Below the pieces are notes generated by a model. That model made no database searches and had not been told where the DNA came from. It saw only the letters and a list, made by a program, of their open reading frames with translations. A DNA stretch of 64,000 nt from the human T2T-CHM13v2.0 reference genome, Homo sapiens. Below are positions 43,222 through 58,452 of the stretch, piece after piece. Location of the stretch: NCBI RefSeq assembly GCF_009914755.1, contig NC_060928.1; one strand, 5' to 3'. The position numbers and the translations under genes are program-made. Position 1 is the stretch's first letter. The number at the start of each line of letters is the position of its first letter.

Positions 43222-43685
43222 TATAAAAGAAAAATAAAATCTTGGGACTCTAAACTCACTGTGCTAAAGGGAAATTTAAGCTTGGGTACAAAAAAACTAC
43301 CTTGCTTTTGTTCTTTAACAGCTATAATTTCAGATACTTACTTTATCGTCTGTAACATACAGAGTTAGAGGAATGCATAATTGACTTCCCCACTACACCC
43401 TTCTTTTCACATGTAAAATGTAGATTCAATGAGCACTAATCAGAGCCTCATGGGAATGTAACCACTTGTCTCATTGCCTATCCTCTCTCCTTTTTTTTCT
43501 TTCTTTACTGCTTGTTATTTTCCCTTTGCGCATTGAAGTTTCCAAGCCCTCTTTGGAAAAAGCACAGGTTAGAGATTCTACTGCACTTTGTGTTTTTTTT
43601 TTTTTTTCCCCTGGGTGCATCCTTAATCTTGGCAAAATAAACCTCTAATCAATTGAAATCTGTCTCAGTCACCTTTTAGTTTACA
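43222..43685 (+). mobile_element. 5' LTR of the MER4-group provirus
   Basis: aaaataaaatcttgggactctaaactcactgtgctaaaggg..gaatgcataattgact..ctctttggaaaaagcaca..aataaa..tttaca. Confidence 0.85.
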
Positions 43686-44046
43686 TTTTGGTAACTGCAA
43701 AGAGATTCTCCGAGTGGAGTTTGGCCCTTGGTCTGAAGTAATTTTCCTGTCAGGTCCTGGTACCAGGTGGAGTTCTTTATCATTCTGACTGGATGGTGTG
43801 CTGAGGGCCAGGAGCTTCTCCCTCCAGAGAGTACTAATCTTCCAAATTTTTTTGGTTGAGATCTGAAGTTTTTTCTGCTGCAGAACTCCTTTTCTGGGAG
43901 TTTTCTGTGTCTTTAAAGATGAAAAGTAGTCTTTAGCTTGGGCCTTATTTAGGGGTAAGGAGCAGGTTTGGGGCATTATTTTGGGATTGGATAGCCGAAA
44001 GTCAAGGTTTACTGTCAGCTGGCTATAACTTCTGAGAGATCTTGAC

Positions 44047-44480
44047 TTTCATGTGCGTCCGTGTGAAGAGACCACCAAACAGGCTTTGTGTGAGCAATAA
44101 AGCTGTTTATTTCACCTGGGTGCAGGTGGGCTGAGTCCGAAAAGAGAGTCAGTGAAGGGAGATAGGGGTGGGGCCGTTTTATAGGATTTGGGAAGGTAAT
44201 GGAAAATTACAGTCAAAGGGGGTTGTTCTCTGGTGGGCAGGGGCGGGGGTCACAAGGTGCTCAGTGGGGGAGCTTCTGAGCCAGGAGAAGGAAATTCACA
44301 GGGTTAATCACTCAGTTAAGGTGGGGCAGGAACAAATCACAATGGTGGAATGTCATCAGTTAAGTCGGGGCAGGGCCTTTTCACTTCTTTTGTGATTCTT
44401 CAGTTACTTCAGGCCGTCTGGGTGTATACGTGCAAGTCACAGGGGATGTGATGGCTTGGCTTGGGCTCAGAGGCCTGACA
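44047..44480 (-). mobile_element. HERV-H 3' LTR (LTR7Y-like)
   Basis: Reverse strand starts TGTCAGGCCTCTGAGCCCAAG; AATAAA at 44106-44111. Confidence 0.95.
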
Positions 44481-46159
44481 TTCCTGCCTTCTTATATTAA
44501 TAAGAAAAATAAAACAAAATAGTGTTGAAGTGTTGGGGTAGCGAAAATTTTTGGGGGGTGGTATGGAGAGAGAATGGGCGATGTTTCTCAGGGCTGCTTC
44601 AAGCGGGATTAGGGGCGGTGTGGGAACCTAGAGTGGGAGAGATTAAGCTGAAGGGAGATCTTGTGGTAAGGGGTGATACTGTGGGGTTGTTAGAAGAAAC
44701 ATGTGTCGTATAGAATGATTGGTGATGGCCTGGATATGGTTTTGTATGAATTGAAAAACTAAATGGAATAAGAGAAAGAGAAAAACAGGCATAAAAGGAC
44801 TAAGAATTGGGAGGACCTAGGACATCTAATTAGAGAGCGCCTAAGGAGGTTCAGCATAGTCCTGCCAGCAAAGATTATTTATTTACTTCAAGAGTTAAGA
44901 GTGGCAGTTTGGGGATAGCACGAGGAGGAGATATCAGCTGTGATGGCTTGGAGAAACAGTGTAAACTGGCAGTGTAAACAAGAGCAGGGCATGTATGAGT
45001 AGTTGAGAATGGTGAATAGGAGTCACAGTCTAAGTTGGTCTGGTGTCTGGCTATACAGGAGCTTAAATGGGCTGTACCTTGTAGCATTCTGAGGACAGGT
45101 CTGACTTCTGAGAAAGGAAAGTGGTAAAAGTATTGTCCAGTCCTTTTTAAGTTGGTGGCTGAGCTTGGTGAGGTGTGTTTTTGATAGACCATTAGTCTGT
45201 AACTGAATATTTGACTAATAAAGGCTGGTCTGTTATCAGACTGTATAGAGGTGGGAAGGCTAAACTGAGGAATTATGTCTGACAGAAGGGAAGAAATAAC
45301 TGTGGTGGCCTTCTCAGATCCTGTAGGAAAGGACTCTACCTATCTAGTGAAAGTGTCTACTTAGACTAAGAGGTATTTTAGTTTTTGTGACTCAGGGCAT
45401 GTTGAGTAAAGCTAACTTGCCAGTCCTGGGCGGGTGCAAATCCTCGAGCTTGATGTGTAGGGAAGGGAGGGGGCCTGAATAATCCTTGAGGAGTAGTAGA
45501 ATAGCAGATAGAATAGCAGATGGAACACTGAGAAGTTATTTCCTTGAGGATAGATTTCTACGATGGAAAGGAAATGAAAGGTTCTAAGAGGTGGGCTAGT
45601 GGCTTGTACTATAGCATAGCCTGCCTTTACTGGTGTGTGGTGATTAGGCCTGGTGGAACTGCCATCAATAAATCAAGTGTGATCAGGGTAAGAAACAAGG
45701 AAGAAGGAAATGTGGGGAAATGGGATGAACATCAGGTGGATCAGAGAGATGTGGTCATGAGGGTCAGGTGTGGTATCTGGAATAATGTGGGAGGCTGGAT
45801 TGAAGTCCAGGCCAGGAACAATGGTAATTGTGGGACTTAACAAAGAGTGAGTACAGCTGAAGGAGCCAGGGCGCAGAAAGTATATGCGTCAGGTATGAGG
45901 AAGAAAATAGATTTTGGAAGTTATGAGAACTGTAGAGAGTGAGCTGAGCATAGTTTGTGATTTTGAGGGCCTCTAAAAGTATTAAAGCAGTGGCAGCTGC
46001 TGCACGCAGACATGAGGGCTAGGCTAAAACAGTAAGGTCAAGTTGTTTGGACAGAAAGGCTACAGGGTGCCGTCCTGGATCTTGTGTAAGAATTCTGACC
46101 GCACTAACCATGCCTAGGAAGGAAAGGAGTTGTTTTGTAAGGGATTGAGGTTTGGGAGA

Positions 46160-46726
46160 TTAATCAGACACAATCAGCAGGGAGAGCACGTGTGTTTTTA
46201 CGAGAATTATGCCGAGATAGGTAACAGATGAGGATGAAATTTGGGCTTGACTGAAGTAATGGGGTCTGTCTGTGAAGTCTTGCGGCAGTACAGCCCAGGT
46301 AATTTGCTGAGCCTGATGGGTGTCAGGGTCAGTCCAAGTGAAAGCGAAGAGAGGCTGGGATGACGGGTGCAAAGGAATAGTAAAGAAAACATGTTTGAGA
46401 TCCAGAACAGAATAATGGATTGTGGAGGGAGGTATTGAGGATAGGAGAGTATATGGGTTTGGCACCATGGGGTGGATAGGCAAAACAATTTGGTCAATAA
46501 GGCACAGATCCTGAACTAACTTGTAAGGCTTGTCTGGTTTCAGGACAGGTAAAATGGGGGAATTGTAAGGAGAGTTTATAGGCTTTAAAAGGTCATGCTG
46601 TAGCAGGTAAGTGATAACAGGCTTTAATCCTTTCAAAGCATGCTGTGGGGTGGGATATTGGCATTGAGCGGGGTAGGGGTGATTAGGTTTTAATGAGATG
46701 GTAAGGGGTGCATGATCGGTCACCAA
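46160..46726 (-). pseudogene. pol: HERV-H reverse transcriptase fragment
   Basis: SPYNSPILPVLKPD..LVQDL..VPNPYTLLS..VLDLKHVFFTIPL..FAFTW..LPQ; no YxDD in the frame. Confidence 0.9.
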
Positions 46727-46914
46727 GGAGGGAGTAGAGGTATCTTATACTTGTGGGTTAAGGTGGGGGAATACAAGAGGAGGACGCAAAGGAGGCTTTG
46801 GATTGGGAAGAAGGGAAGCAATGAGATGTGGCTGTAGTCCAGGAATAGTCAGGGAAGCAGATAATTTGATTAAAATATCTTGGCCTAATAAGGGAACTGG
46901 GCAGGTGGGGATAA

Positions 46915-47103
46915 CTAAAAAGAGTGCATAAAAGAGTATTGTCTAAGTTGGCACCAGAGTTGGGGAGTTTTAAGAGGTTTAGAAGCCTGGCTGTCAATAT
47001 CCACAACAGTTATGGAGGCAAGGGAAACAGGCCCTTGAAAAGAAGGTAATGTGGAGTGAGTAGCCTCCGTATTGATTAAGAAGGGGACGGACTTACCCTC
47101 CAC
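46915..47103 (-). pseudogene. pro: HERV-H protease remnant
   Basis: FLINTEATHSTL is a degenerate FL-x-DTGA active-site motif. Confidence 0.75.
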
Positions 47104-47183
47104 TGTGAGAGTTACTTAAAGCTCGGCGTCCGTGATGGTCTATGGGGCTTCCGAGGCAATCGGGCAGCATCAGTCTTCAGCTG

Positions 47184-47489
47184 CTAAGCCAAGAAGGAGT
47201 CAGTCAGAGAGCCTTGGGCCAGAGTTAGAGGGGCTCTGGGAGTGGCTGCCAGGTGAGTTGAACAGTCTGATTTCCAATGGGGTCCTGCACAGATGGGACA
47301 CGGCTTAGGAGGAATCCTGGGCTGCAGGCATTCCTTGGCCTGGTGGTCAGATTTCTGGCACTTGTAGCAAGCTCCTGGGGGATGACGTTCTGGAGGAATT
47401 GCTGGCCGCTGCGGTTCAGGCATTTGGAAGTTCTTGTGGGCTGGAGATATGGCTGGGGTTTGTCTCACAGTGGAGGCAAGGAATTGCAA
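47184..47489 (-). pseudogene. gag: HERV-H Gag nucleocapsid remnant
   Basis: Two CX2CX4HX4C knuckles: CYKCQKSDHQAKEC and CPICAGPHWKSDC. Confidence 0.88.
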
Positions 47490-48439
47490 CTTTTTTTTCT
47501 ATTATTGTACACCTTGAAGGTGAAGTTAATTAAGTCCTGTTGTGGGGTTTGAGGGCCAGATTCCAATTTTTGGAGTTTTATTTAATGTCAGGAGCAGATT
47601 GGGTAATAAAATGTATATTGAGAATAAGATGACCTTTTGACATTTTAGGGTCTAGGGCTGTAAAACGTCTCAGGGTTGCTGCTGAATGAGCCATGAACTG
47701 GGCTGGGTTTTTATATTTGATGAAAAAGAGCCTAAATGCTTCTGATTTGGGATAAAGCAAAAGGAGCATTAACCTTGACTATGCCTTTGGCTCCAGCCAC
47801 CTTTTTAAGAGTAAATTGCTGGGCAGGTGGGGGAGGGCTAGTCACCGAATGAAACTGTAAGCTGGACCAGGTGTGAGGAGGGGAGGTGATAAAGGGATTA
47901 TAGGGTGGAGGAGCAGAGCCTGAGGAAGAATTGGGACCTAGCTCAGCCTGGCGAGGAGGGGAGAGGTCAGATGGGTCTGTAGAAAAGGAAGATTAGAAAG
48001 ACTCAGCGAAGCTTGGGGTTGGGACTGAGGGGACAGGTGGGAGGGAAAGAAGGAAGATTTGAGATGAATTGCACTGGGCACAGAGACTAGGAAGGGACTG
48101 ATGTGTAAAAGAATGCCTGGACGTCAGGCACCTCAGACCATTTGCCCATTTTACGACAAGAATTATTTAGATCTTGTAGGATGGAAAAATTGAAAGTGCC
48201 ATTTTCTGGCTATTTGGAACTACTGTCGAGTTTGTATTGGGGTCAAGCAGCATTGCAGAAGAAAATAAGATGCTTAGATTTTAGGTCAGGTGAGAGTTGA
48301 AGAGGTTTTAAGTTCTTAAGAATACAGGCTAAGGGAGAAGAAGGAGGAATGGAAGGTGGAAGCTTGCCCATAGTGAAGGAGGCAAGCCCAGAGAAAAGAG
48401 TAGAGACACGGAGAAGGGGTGGGGATTTCTTGCCCTCCA

Positions 48440-48865
48440 GAAAAGCAGAGAAAGGGTTGGGGCATGGAAATAAGGGATTGGGGCACAGAGATAAGAGGTT
48501 AGGGTGCAGAAATAAGGGATTGGGGCACAGAGATAAGAGGTCAGGGTTCAGAAATAAGGGATTGGGTGTTCTTGCCTCCTAGAAAAGCAGAACTTGCAGC
48601 TAAGGGTGAAGGAGAAGGGGTTGAGGGGTAATTGTCCCTCCCCCAGAAGAGCGGGACTTGCCGCTAAGGGTGAAGGAGAAGGGGTTGAGGGGTACTTGCC
48701 CCTCCCCCAGAAAAGCAGAGAAGGGGTAGAGACACAGAGAGAAGGGGTTTGAGTACTTGCCCCTTCCCCAGAAAAGCAGAGAAAGGGTAGAGACAAGGAG
48801 AGAAGGGGTTGGGGTACTTGCCCCTTCCCCAGAAAAGCAGGACTTGCCGCTAAGGGTGAAGGACC
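48440..48865. repeat. HERV-H pre-gag tandem repeats
   Basis: Three aaataagggattggg units and several acttgcccc..ccagaaaagc..taagggtgaagg units. Confidence 0.8.
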
Positions 48866-49279
48866 AAGGCAGGCATCCCTGCGTGGTCTGACACCTTTGA
48901 AACGTGGGTGAATAATCAGAGAGGCGTCCCTGCAATAATTAAACACCAAGGGAAGGCTGCCTTCCCAGTCCGTGACCGGCGCCGGAGTTTTGGGTCCACG
49001 GATAAAACGTGTCTCCTTTATCTCTACCAGAAAATGAAAGGAATTGAAATTAAGAGAAGAGAGAGATTGAAGAGTGGTGCCAAGATTGAAAGGAGAAAGA
49101 GGTTGAGGGATAGTGAGGGAGGTTGGAGAAGAGAGTAAAAAGAGGCCGCTTACCGGATTTGAAATTGGTGAGATGTTTCTTGGGCTGGTCAGTCTGAGGA
49201 CCTGAGGTCGTAAGTGGATCTTTCTCAGGGAGCAAAGAGCAGGAGGATGGGGGATTGATCTCCCAAGGGAGGTCCCCCG

Positions 49280-49297
49280 ATCTGAGTCACGGCACCA
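49280..49297 (-). other. tRNA-His primer binding site
   Basis: Reverse strand TGGTGCCGTGACTCAGAT directly after the 5' LTR; one mismatch to the tRNA-His complement. Confidence 0.92.
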
Positions 49298-49299
49298 AA

Positions 49300-49731
49300 T
49301 TTCATGCACGTCCGTGTGGAGAGACCACCAAACAGGCTTTGTGTGAACAATAAAGCTGTTTATTTCACCTGGGTGCAGGTGGGCTGAGTCCGAAAAGAGA
49401 GTCAATGAAGGGAGATAGGGGAGGGGCCGTTTTATAGGATTTGGGAAGGTAATGGAAAATTACAGTCAAAGGGGGTTGTTCTCTGGTGGGCAGGGGCGGG
49501 GGTCACAAGGTGCTCAGTGGGGGAGCTTCTGAGCCAGGAGAAGGAAATTCACAGGGTTAATCACTCAGTTAAGGTGGGGCAGGTACAAATCACAATGGTG
49601 GAATGTCATCAGTTAAGTCGGGGCAGGGCCTTTTCACTTCTTTTGTGATTCTTCAGTTACTTCAGGCTATCTGGGCATATACGTGCAAGTCACGGGATGT
49701 GATGGCTTGGCTTGGGCTCAGAGGCCTGACA
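49300..49731 (-). promoter_or_regulatory. HERV-H 5' LTR (LTR7Y-like) promoter
   Basis: TATAAAA at 49430-49436 (minus), GC/KLF boxes ggggcggggg and ggtggggc, one ACAAAAGA motif. Confidence 0.9.
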
Positions 49732-51020
49732 TTGACCATATGTAAATTGCATGATCATTCCTTTTCCTTTTTTGGTTTAGTTCACTTCTGTTAGATTTGA
49801 CCAACTTTTGGCCCCTCTGATATCTTCTGGAAACCTTGCAGCTGCAGAAAGTCAAGTTCCACCTAAAAAAACCCTGGCTGATTAAGAAAGATAAAGAATT
49901 TGACTGTCTGAGGAGTTTTATTTACATAACCAGACGACCTTCCTACCCTTTCTTTCTGTGCTATTAATTTAAAGATTTTAGAGATCTCTTATTCTAAACA
50001 ATTAATGAAAATAGCACATTTTAAAAGGACACACAATAATGCAATGGCTAGCCTTAAAAATTCTCTTGACTAAATTAAGAGCAAAAGCTGACCTAAAATG
50101 GCTCTGGTAATTAAAATTTCTGTCATGGCTTAGGTTTGCTACCTAATTAGGGAACACAAAGGCCACTCCACTTTATGACTTAATAGTTAAAATTCTGCAC
50201 TTTCACTTTCATGGCATGGGTTTGATTCTTAATTGGCTTTAAAAGTTAGCAATTAAATATTTTAACAGAAACATAGAAACTTCAACTCAAATATATTTTA
50301 GCTCACATAACTTTAGTAATCTTTCAATGGTCTTTGTCCCAGCAAAACTCTAATAAGAGATTTGAAAGTACTTTTTAAGAGCTCTATACTCAAAAGTTGG
50401 CTTCATAAAAATTGATATTTAGGCTACTACATAGTCTAAATATCAACTTTATTGAAATGTTTAGAGAGAGAGAGCAGAGGCCTTATACTCTCTCTCTCTG
50501 TGTCTCTAAAACTAAATTTATTTCTTTTTAAATCCCTGTTAGCCACACGTGCTCTCATTGTTTTCTTATTTATTTCTATTGGCCCCTCTTTCCATTTGCT
50601 ACTCTCTCTGCCACATTTGGGAACAACAAATATTCTAACAGCCTGAAATCCCTAAATAAAAAGTACAGAAGGCATCACAGACTCCTTCTTGGAAGAAATT
50701 TCTGTTTCTACCTCAAGGAATCTCAAAGGTTACAAATGGACAGTGTCCTCTCAGATCTAAAACTCTCTTCTTTTTTGCATTGCATTGCCTAATCTTTTTA
50801 GCTTTGTCGGGGGTGACGGGGAGAGGGCACTAGAAATTACTTTCCATTGCAAAAAAATTGACTTTGGTGTGTATAATGAGTGGAGAGTAGGCTGATCACA
50901 GAGTAGGCTGATTGGTGTTGGGTTTCCCACCAGCCCCAGGGAATGTCTTTGTAGCTAAATAAACTGTGAAAATGTTGTGTGGCCCAGTCTTCATGGCATT
51001 TATTATTTTGAGAACTCAAG

Positions 51021-51539
51021 TGTTACAGGAAAGGGATCCCGAACCAGACCCCAAGAGAGGGTTCTTGGATCTCACACAAGAAAAAATTCAGGGCGAGTCT
51101 GCAGTGCAAAGCAAAAGCTAGTTTATTAAGAAAATAAAGTGGGGAAGTACAACTAGTCCATAGACAGAGTAGGATGATCCCAAAAGAAAGAGGAGGAACG
51201 TGTCCATCCTAGGTACAATGCTTGTATATATGGAGAGATGTGCTCTGCTACAAGCGTTTGTGATGAAGGATTAATTTTCTTAATTACTATACTTTGCAAG
51301 AATCAATATTATTATCTTTAAAGCAAAATTAGGAATGCCTTCGTTCCCCAGATGTCAGGGTATCTGGACACTCCTAAGTCTGGGTCTGTTTAGTGAACAT
51401 TATTAATTTGGGTCCTTAACCATAAACATCTAGAGGCTATGAATACCTAACTTTCTGGGAATGCAGCCCAGCAAGTCCCAGCCTCATTTTCATAGCCTTC
51501 ACTCAAGGTGTAGTATCTCTGTTTTGAACTCCTCTGACA
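51021..51539 (-). mobile_element. MER41-family solo LTR
   Basis: tgttacaggaaaggg..agaccccaagagagggttcttggatctc ... ctctgaca; TSD caag (51017-51020 and 51540-51543). Confidence 0.85.
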
Positions 51540-52461
51540 CAAGTTTCAGTATGAGCTCCACTCTGAGATCAATGGTCTAGTTAAAAGATAGACTAAATTA
51601 AAAGCACTTATCTGAATAAAATTGGTCTCCTTGTAAAATCCTATAATAAATTTGTATAATTTTTGGTTACCTTTCTATTTTTTTAATCTTTCTCTAACAC
51701 ACCCAAACTTCTTAAAAAAGGAAAGCTTAAATTCTCTATCTCTGTATTTTTAGATGAAACTTTTCTATTAAGTTTCACCTAAGAGTTATACCTTTCAAAA
51801 TGCAAATTTAGGGTTGCCTAGCTAACAATTGCCTAGGGCAATAAAACAGGTAATTGGAAAAGACTGATAGACTAAAGTGGGGAGAGAAACTTTGAGAATT
51901 GGTAAATGAAGAATCTTATAATCTGTAAGATCTGTTTCTGTGTCTTTATTCTATGTCTTTATACGTGTCATGTTTATGTGATGTTTCACTACCATGATAA
52001 ATAAAACAACTTATTAATTGGCTTTAAAAGCTAGCAGTTAAATATTTTATCAAAAACAGAAACTTCAACTCAAATGTTTTAGTTCACCTAACTTTAGTAA
52101 TCTTTCATAAACAAAGACACTTCAAAATTATTGTTGTAATAAAACAGAAACATCTTCAAATTTAATTTTGACATTTTGTATGAGTCCATTGGTTTATTGG
52201 TCAGATGCTTCCTCTGATAAATGTTTTAAGACATCAATGTTTGCTTCTGTAGTACTTTTGATACTTGCTTAACTTGTCTATAAACTTTTTAGATTTGAGC
52301 CTCTCAGGGTCATGATGAGGCCTAAATTCAGGGATTTTCCTTTGTTCTGGACCTTACATCTGATATATAATTAAAATTGCTTGTTTAAAGATTTTTTTTC
52401 TAAAAATAAGGGTTACTAAGTGTTACTATAATAATTAATATTTATATTTAGAACTACTAGT

Positions 52462-52764
<303 letters not shown>

Positions 52765-54696
52765 CTACTTGATATAAGAGAAACAATTCTATACAGAAAA
52801 TATTTTTAAAAAGTAGGATGTGCTTTTAGTAAAAGCATTGTAAAAAGACATGCAGATATAGTTTTTATTAAAGAGAAGGTAGGATTTTATTAAAATTTAG
52901 CTTTAGCATTAATAGTAGACACTATGCAAAGGTAAAATTTGATTTTCTCTTTTGAATAAGATTTTTATGTAATATTAAGAAATAGTAAAATCTCTCTTTT
53001 TTTGGTAAACTGAGAAAAACAAACAGGGGAGAGAAAAAAAGATTTCCTTGGCCTTGTGCCATCTTCATTAGGTCTTATTTTTAGATATACAATCCCCTGA
53101 AGTTCAAAAAGAGACATATTCACCTTACTTGATATAATAAAATCACATAGGAAGTACTGTCCAATATGAAGTGATGGTTAACTTTCTTTAGGTTCTATTT
53201 TTATAAATGTGGTATTGATATGTGTTCCAAAATAGTATGAAATTTCTATAATTCTAATGTTTTAGTATATAATATTAATAATAATTATGATTATTATGTT
53301 AACTTGTATGCCACAGAAATTATCAATTTTTTGTCAATTGTGTCTTTGACCATGGCTATCTTAAGACTTTTGTCAACCACAGGCAGTTATTTACTTTGAT
53401 CCTTCTCAAAAAGCAGTTTACAATCAGGTGTTAGCTAAAACATGCTTCATTAGGAAAGATCACTGAAAGGACTCTGACAGGTGCTCTCACATGCAGGTTT
53501 CTGATAACCTTGGAGATTGTGTCATTGGACTAGAGAAAAAAATAAATAAAAATAAAACTTCCAAGTGTCTTGTTGAAGAGCTGATGTGTTCACAAGATTA
53601 CTAACCCCAATACCAAATGGAATGAATTAATTGCTATGGACTGAATAGAGGAATGACATAATTTTTATGACTGTTTTTTGTTTGAAACATTGCTGATTCT
53701 TTTCATCTTGTTTTTCAGAGTCAAGAAAACTTTTTTCTATTAAGCTATTTAACAGCTTTTAAACAATTCAGTAAAGTATACTCTTCTGAGCAAAATTTAA
53801 AACATTTCTCACTACCTGATTTTGCCAGATTTTGGAAACAATTTATAAGTATTCTTAATTTATGACAATATAGTTTTTGCATAATTTCTATAAGAATCTG
53901 TTTTCTCTTGTAATAGGACACAGTTGGAGACACTGGTTATTTTACCAAGGCCTTAACTGGAATGGCATATTTTCAAATATAAATAGACTGCTTTGAGGAA
54001 TTGAAATTAATTGTATAGAGCTAATAAAATCCCCTTGGAAAGGCTGGCTTCATACTTTGTCTATTCAGTTTCTTTACAGAATTCCTGATCTGTGGGAAGT
54101 AAAGAATGCCACTATCCAGCAGGCCCAGAAACCTCAAGTTATTTGGGAACCTTGAGTAGAAAGGAATGCACCCAAATCATACAAGTATTTGCAGACACAG
54201 ATAAACCTTTGGCTGAGCTCAAGAGGCCTTTAAAAGTCTAATCAGAGATTCTTTATGAAAAAGCTTCAGCAAATTCAATTCAAAAGGAGTCCATTGATCA
54301 ATAATTATTCTTGCTTCACTTTATGCAAATAATCAGGCCAAGTATAACAAGACTAAAACTTATTGTACAAATAAATTGGTCTTACTATGATTTATCTTTG
54401 GTACAAATAGGGGATGAGAGAATGAAAAATTAGATTTCAAAAGAAACTATAACACCTGCTATTAGATTCTAACCTTGTCCATTGATTTTCAGTTTTTATT
54501 ATTTGTCTACAATTTATCTAGACTGGATCCTGAATTCTTCCCTGGCTACAAGTTTTCAAAATAATGTTTTCATTTTTTTAATTCAAGTTTTCTGACTTTT
54601 CATTTTTTTAAATCCCATCACTAGAAATTAAAACTGTGCTTTTCTCAAAGCCCTGAACACTGGAGCTAGACAACATAAAATTTGGGAGAAATAATG

Positions 54697-54700
<4 letters not shown>

Positions 54701-54753
<53 letters not shown>
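54701..54753. repeat. (AC)26 microsatellite
   Basis: Directly visible perfect repeat. Confidence 0.97.
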
Positions 54754-54754
<1 letters not shown>

Positions 54755-54912
54755 TCCCTTTGGTTCCAAGTCTTTGCTATTGTGAATAATGCCGCAATAA
54801 ACATACGTGTGCATGTGTCTTTATAGCAGCATGATTTATAATACTTTGGGTATAAACCCAGTAATGGGATGGCTGGATCAAATGGTATTTCTAGTTCTAG
54901 GTCCTTGAGGAA

Positions 54913-58404
<3,492 letters not shown>

Positions 58405-58452
58405 TTATTTTGCTCATTAGTTCATGCAGTTTCTTCCTAGTCTCGATGGTCT

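Larger units (their letters stand above)
44047..49731 (-). mobile_element. HERV-H provirus, 5685 bp, common internally deleted (env-less) form
   Basis: Two near-identical LTR7-family LTRs, tRNA-His PBS, gag/pro/pol remnants, 5-bp TSD ttgac (44042-44046 and 49732-49736). Confidence 0.97.

Noticed and set aside
48440-48865. Spaced direct repeats superficially like a CRISPR array
   Set aside because: These are HERV-H pre-gag tandem repeats: the intervening sequences are themselves repeated, the context is eukaryotic, and there are no cas genes.
44047-49731. Identifying this provirus as the ESRG gene itself
   Set aside because: The leader similarity is shared by HERV-H copies generally, the ORF differs from ESRG as I recall it, and the locus cannot be placed from sequence alone.
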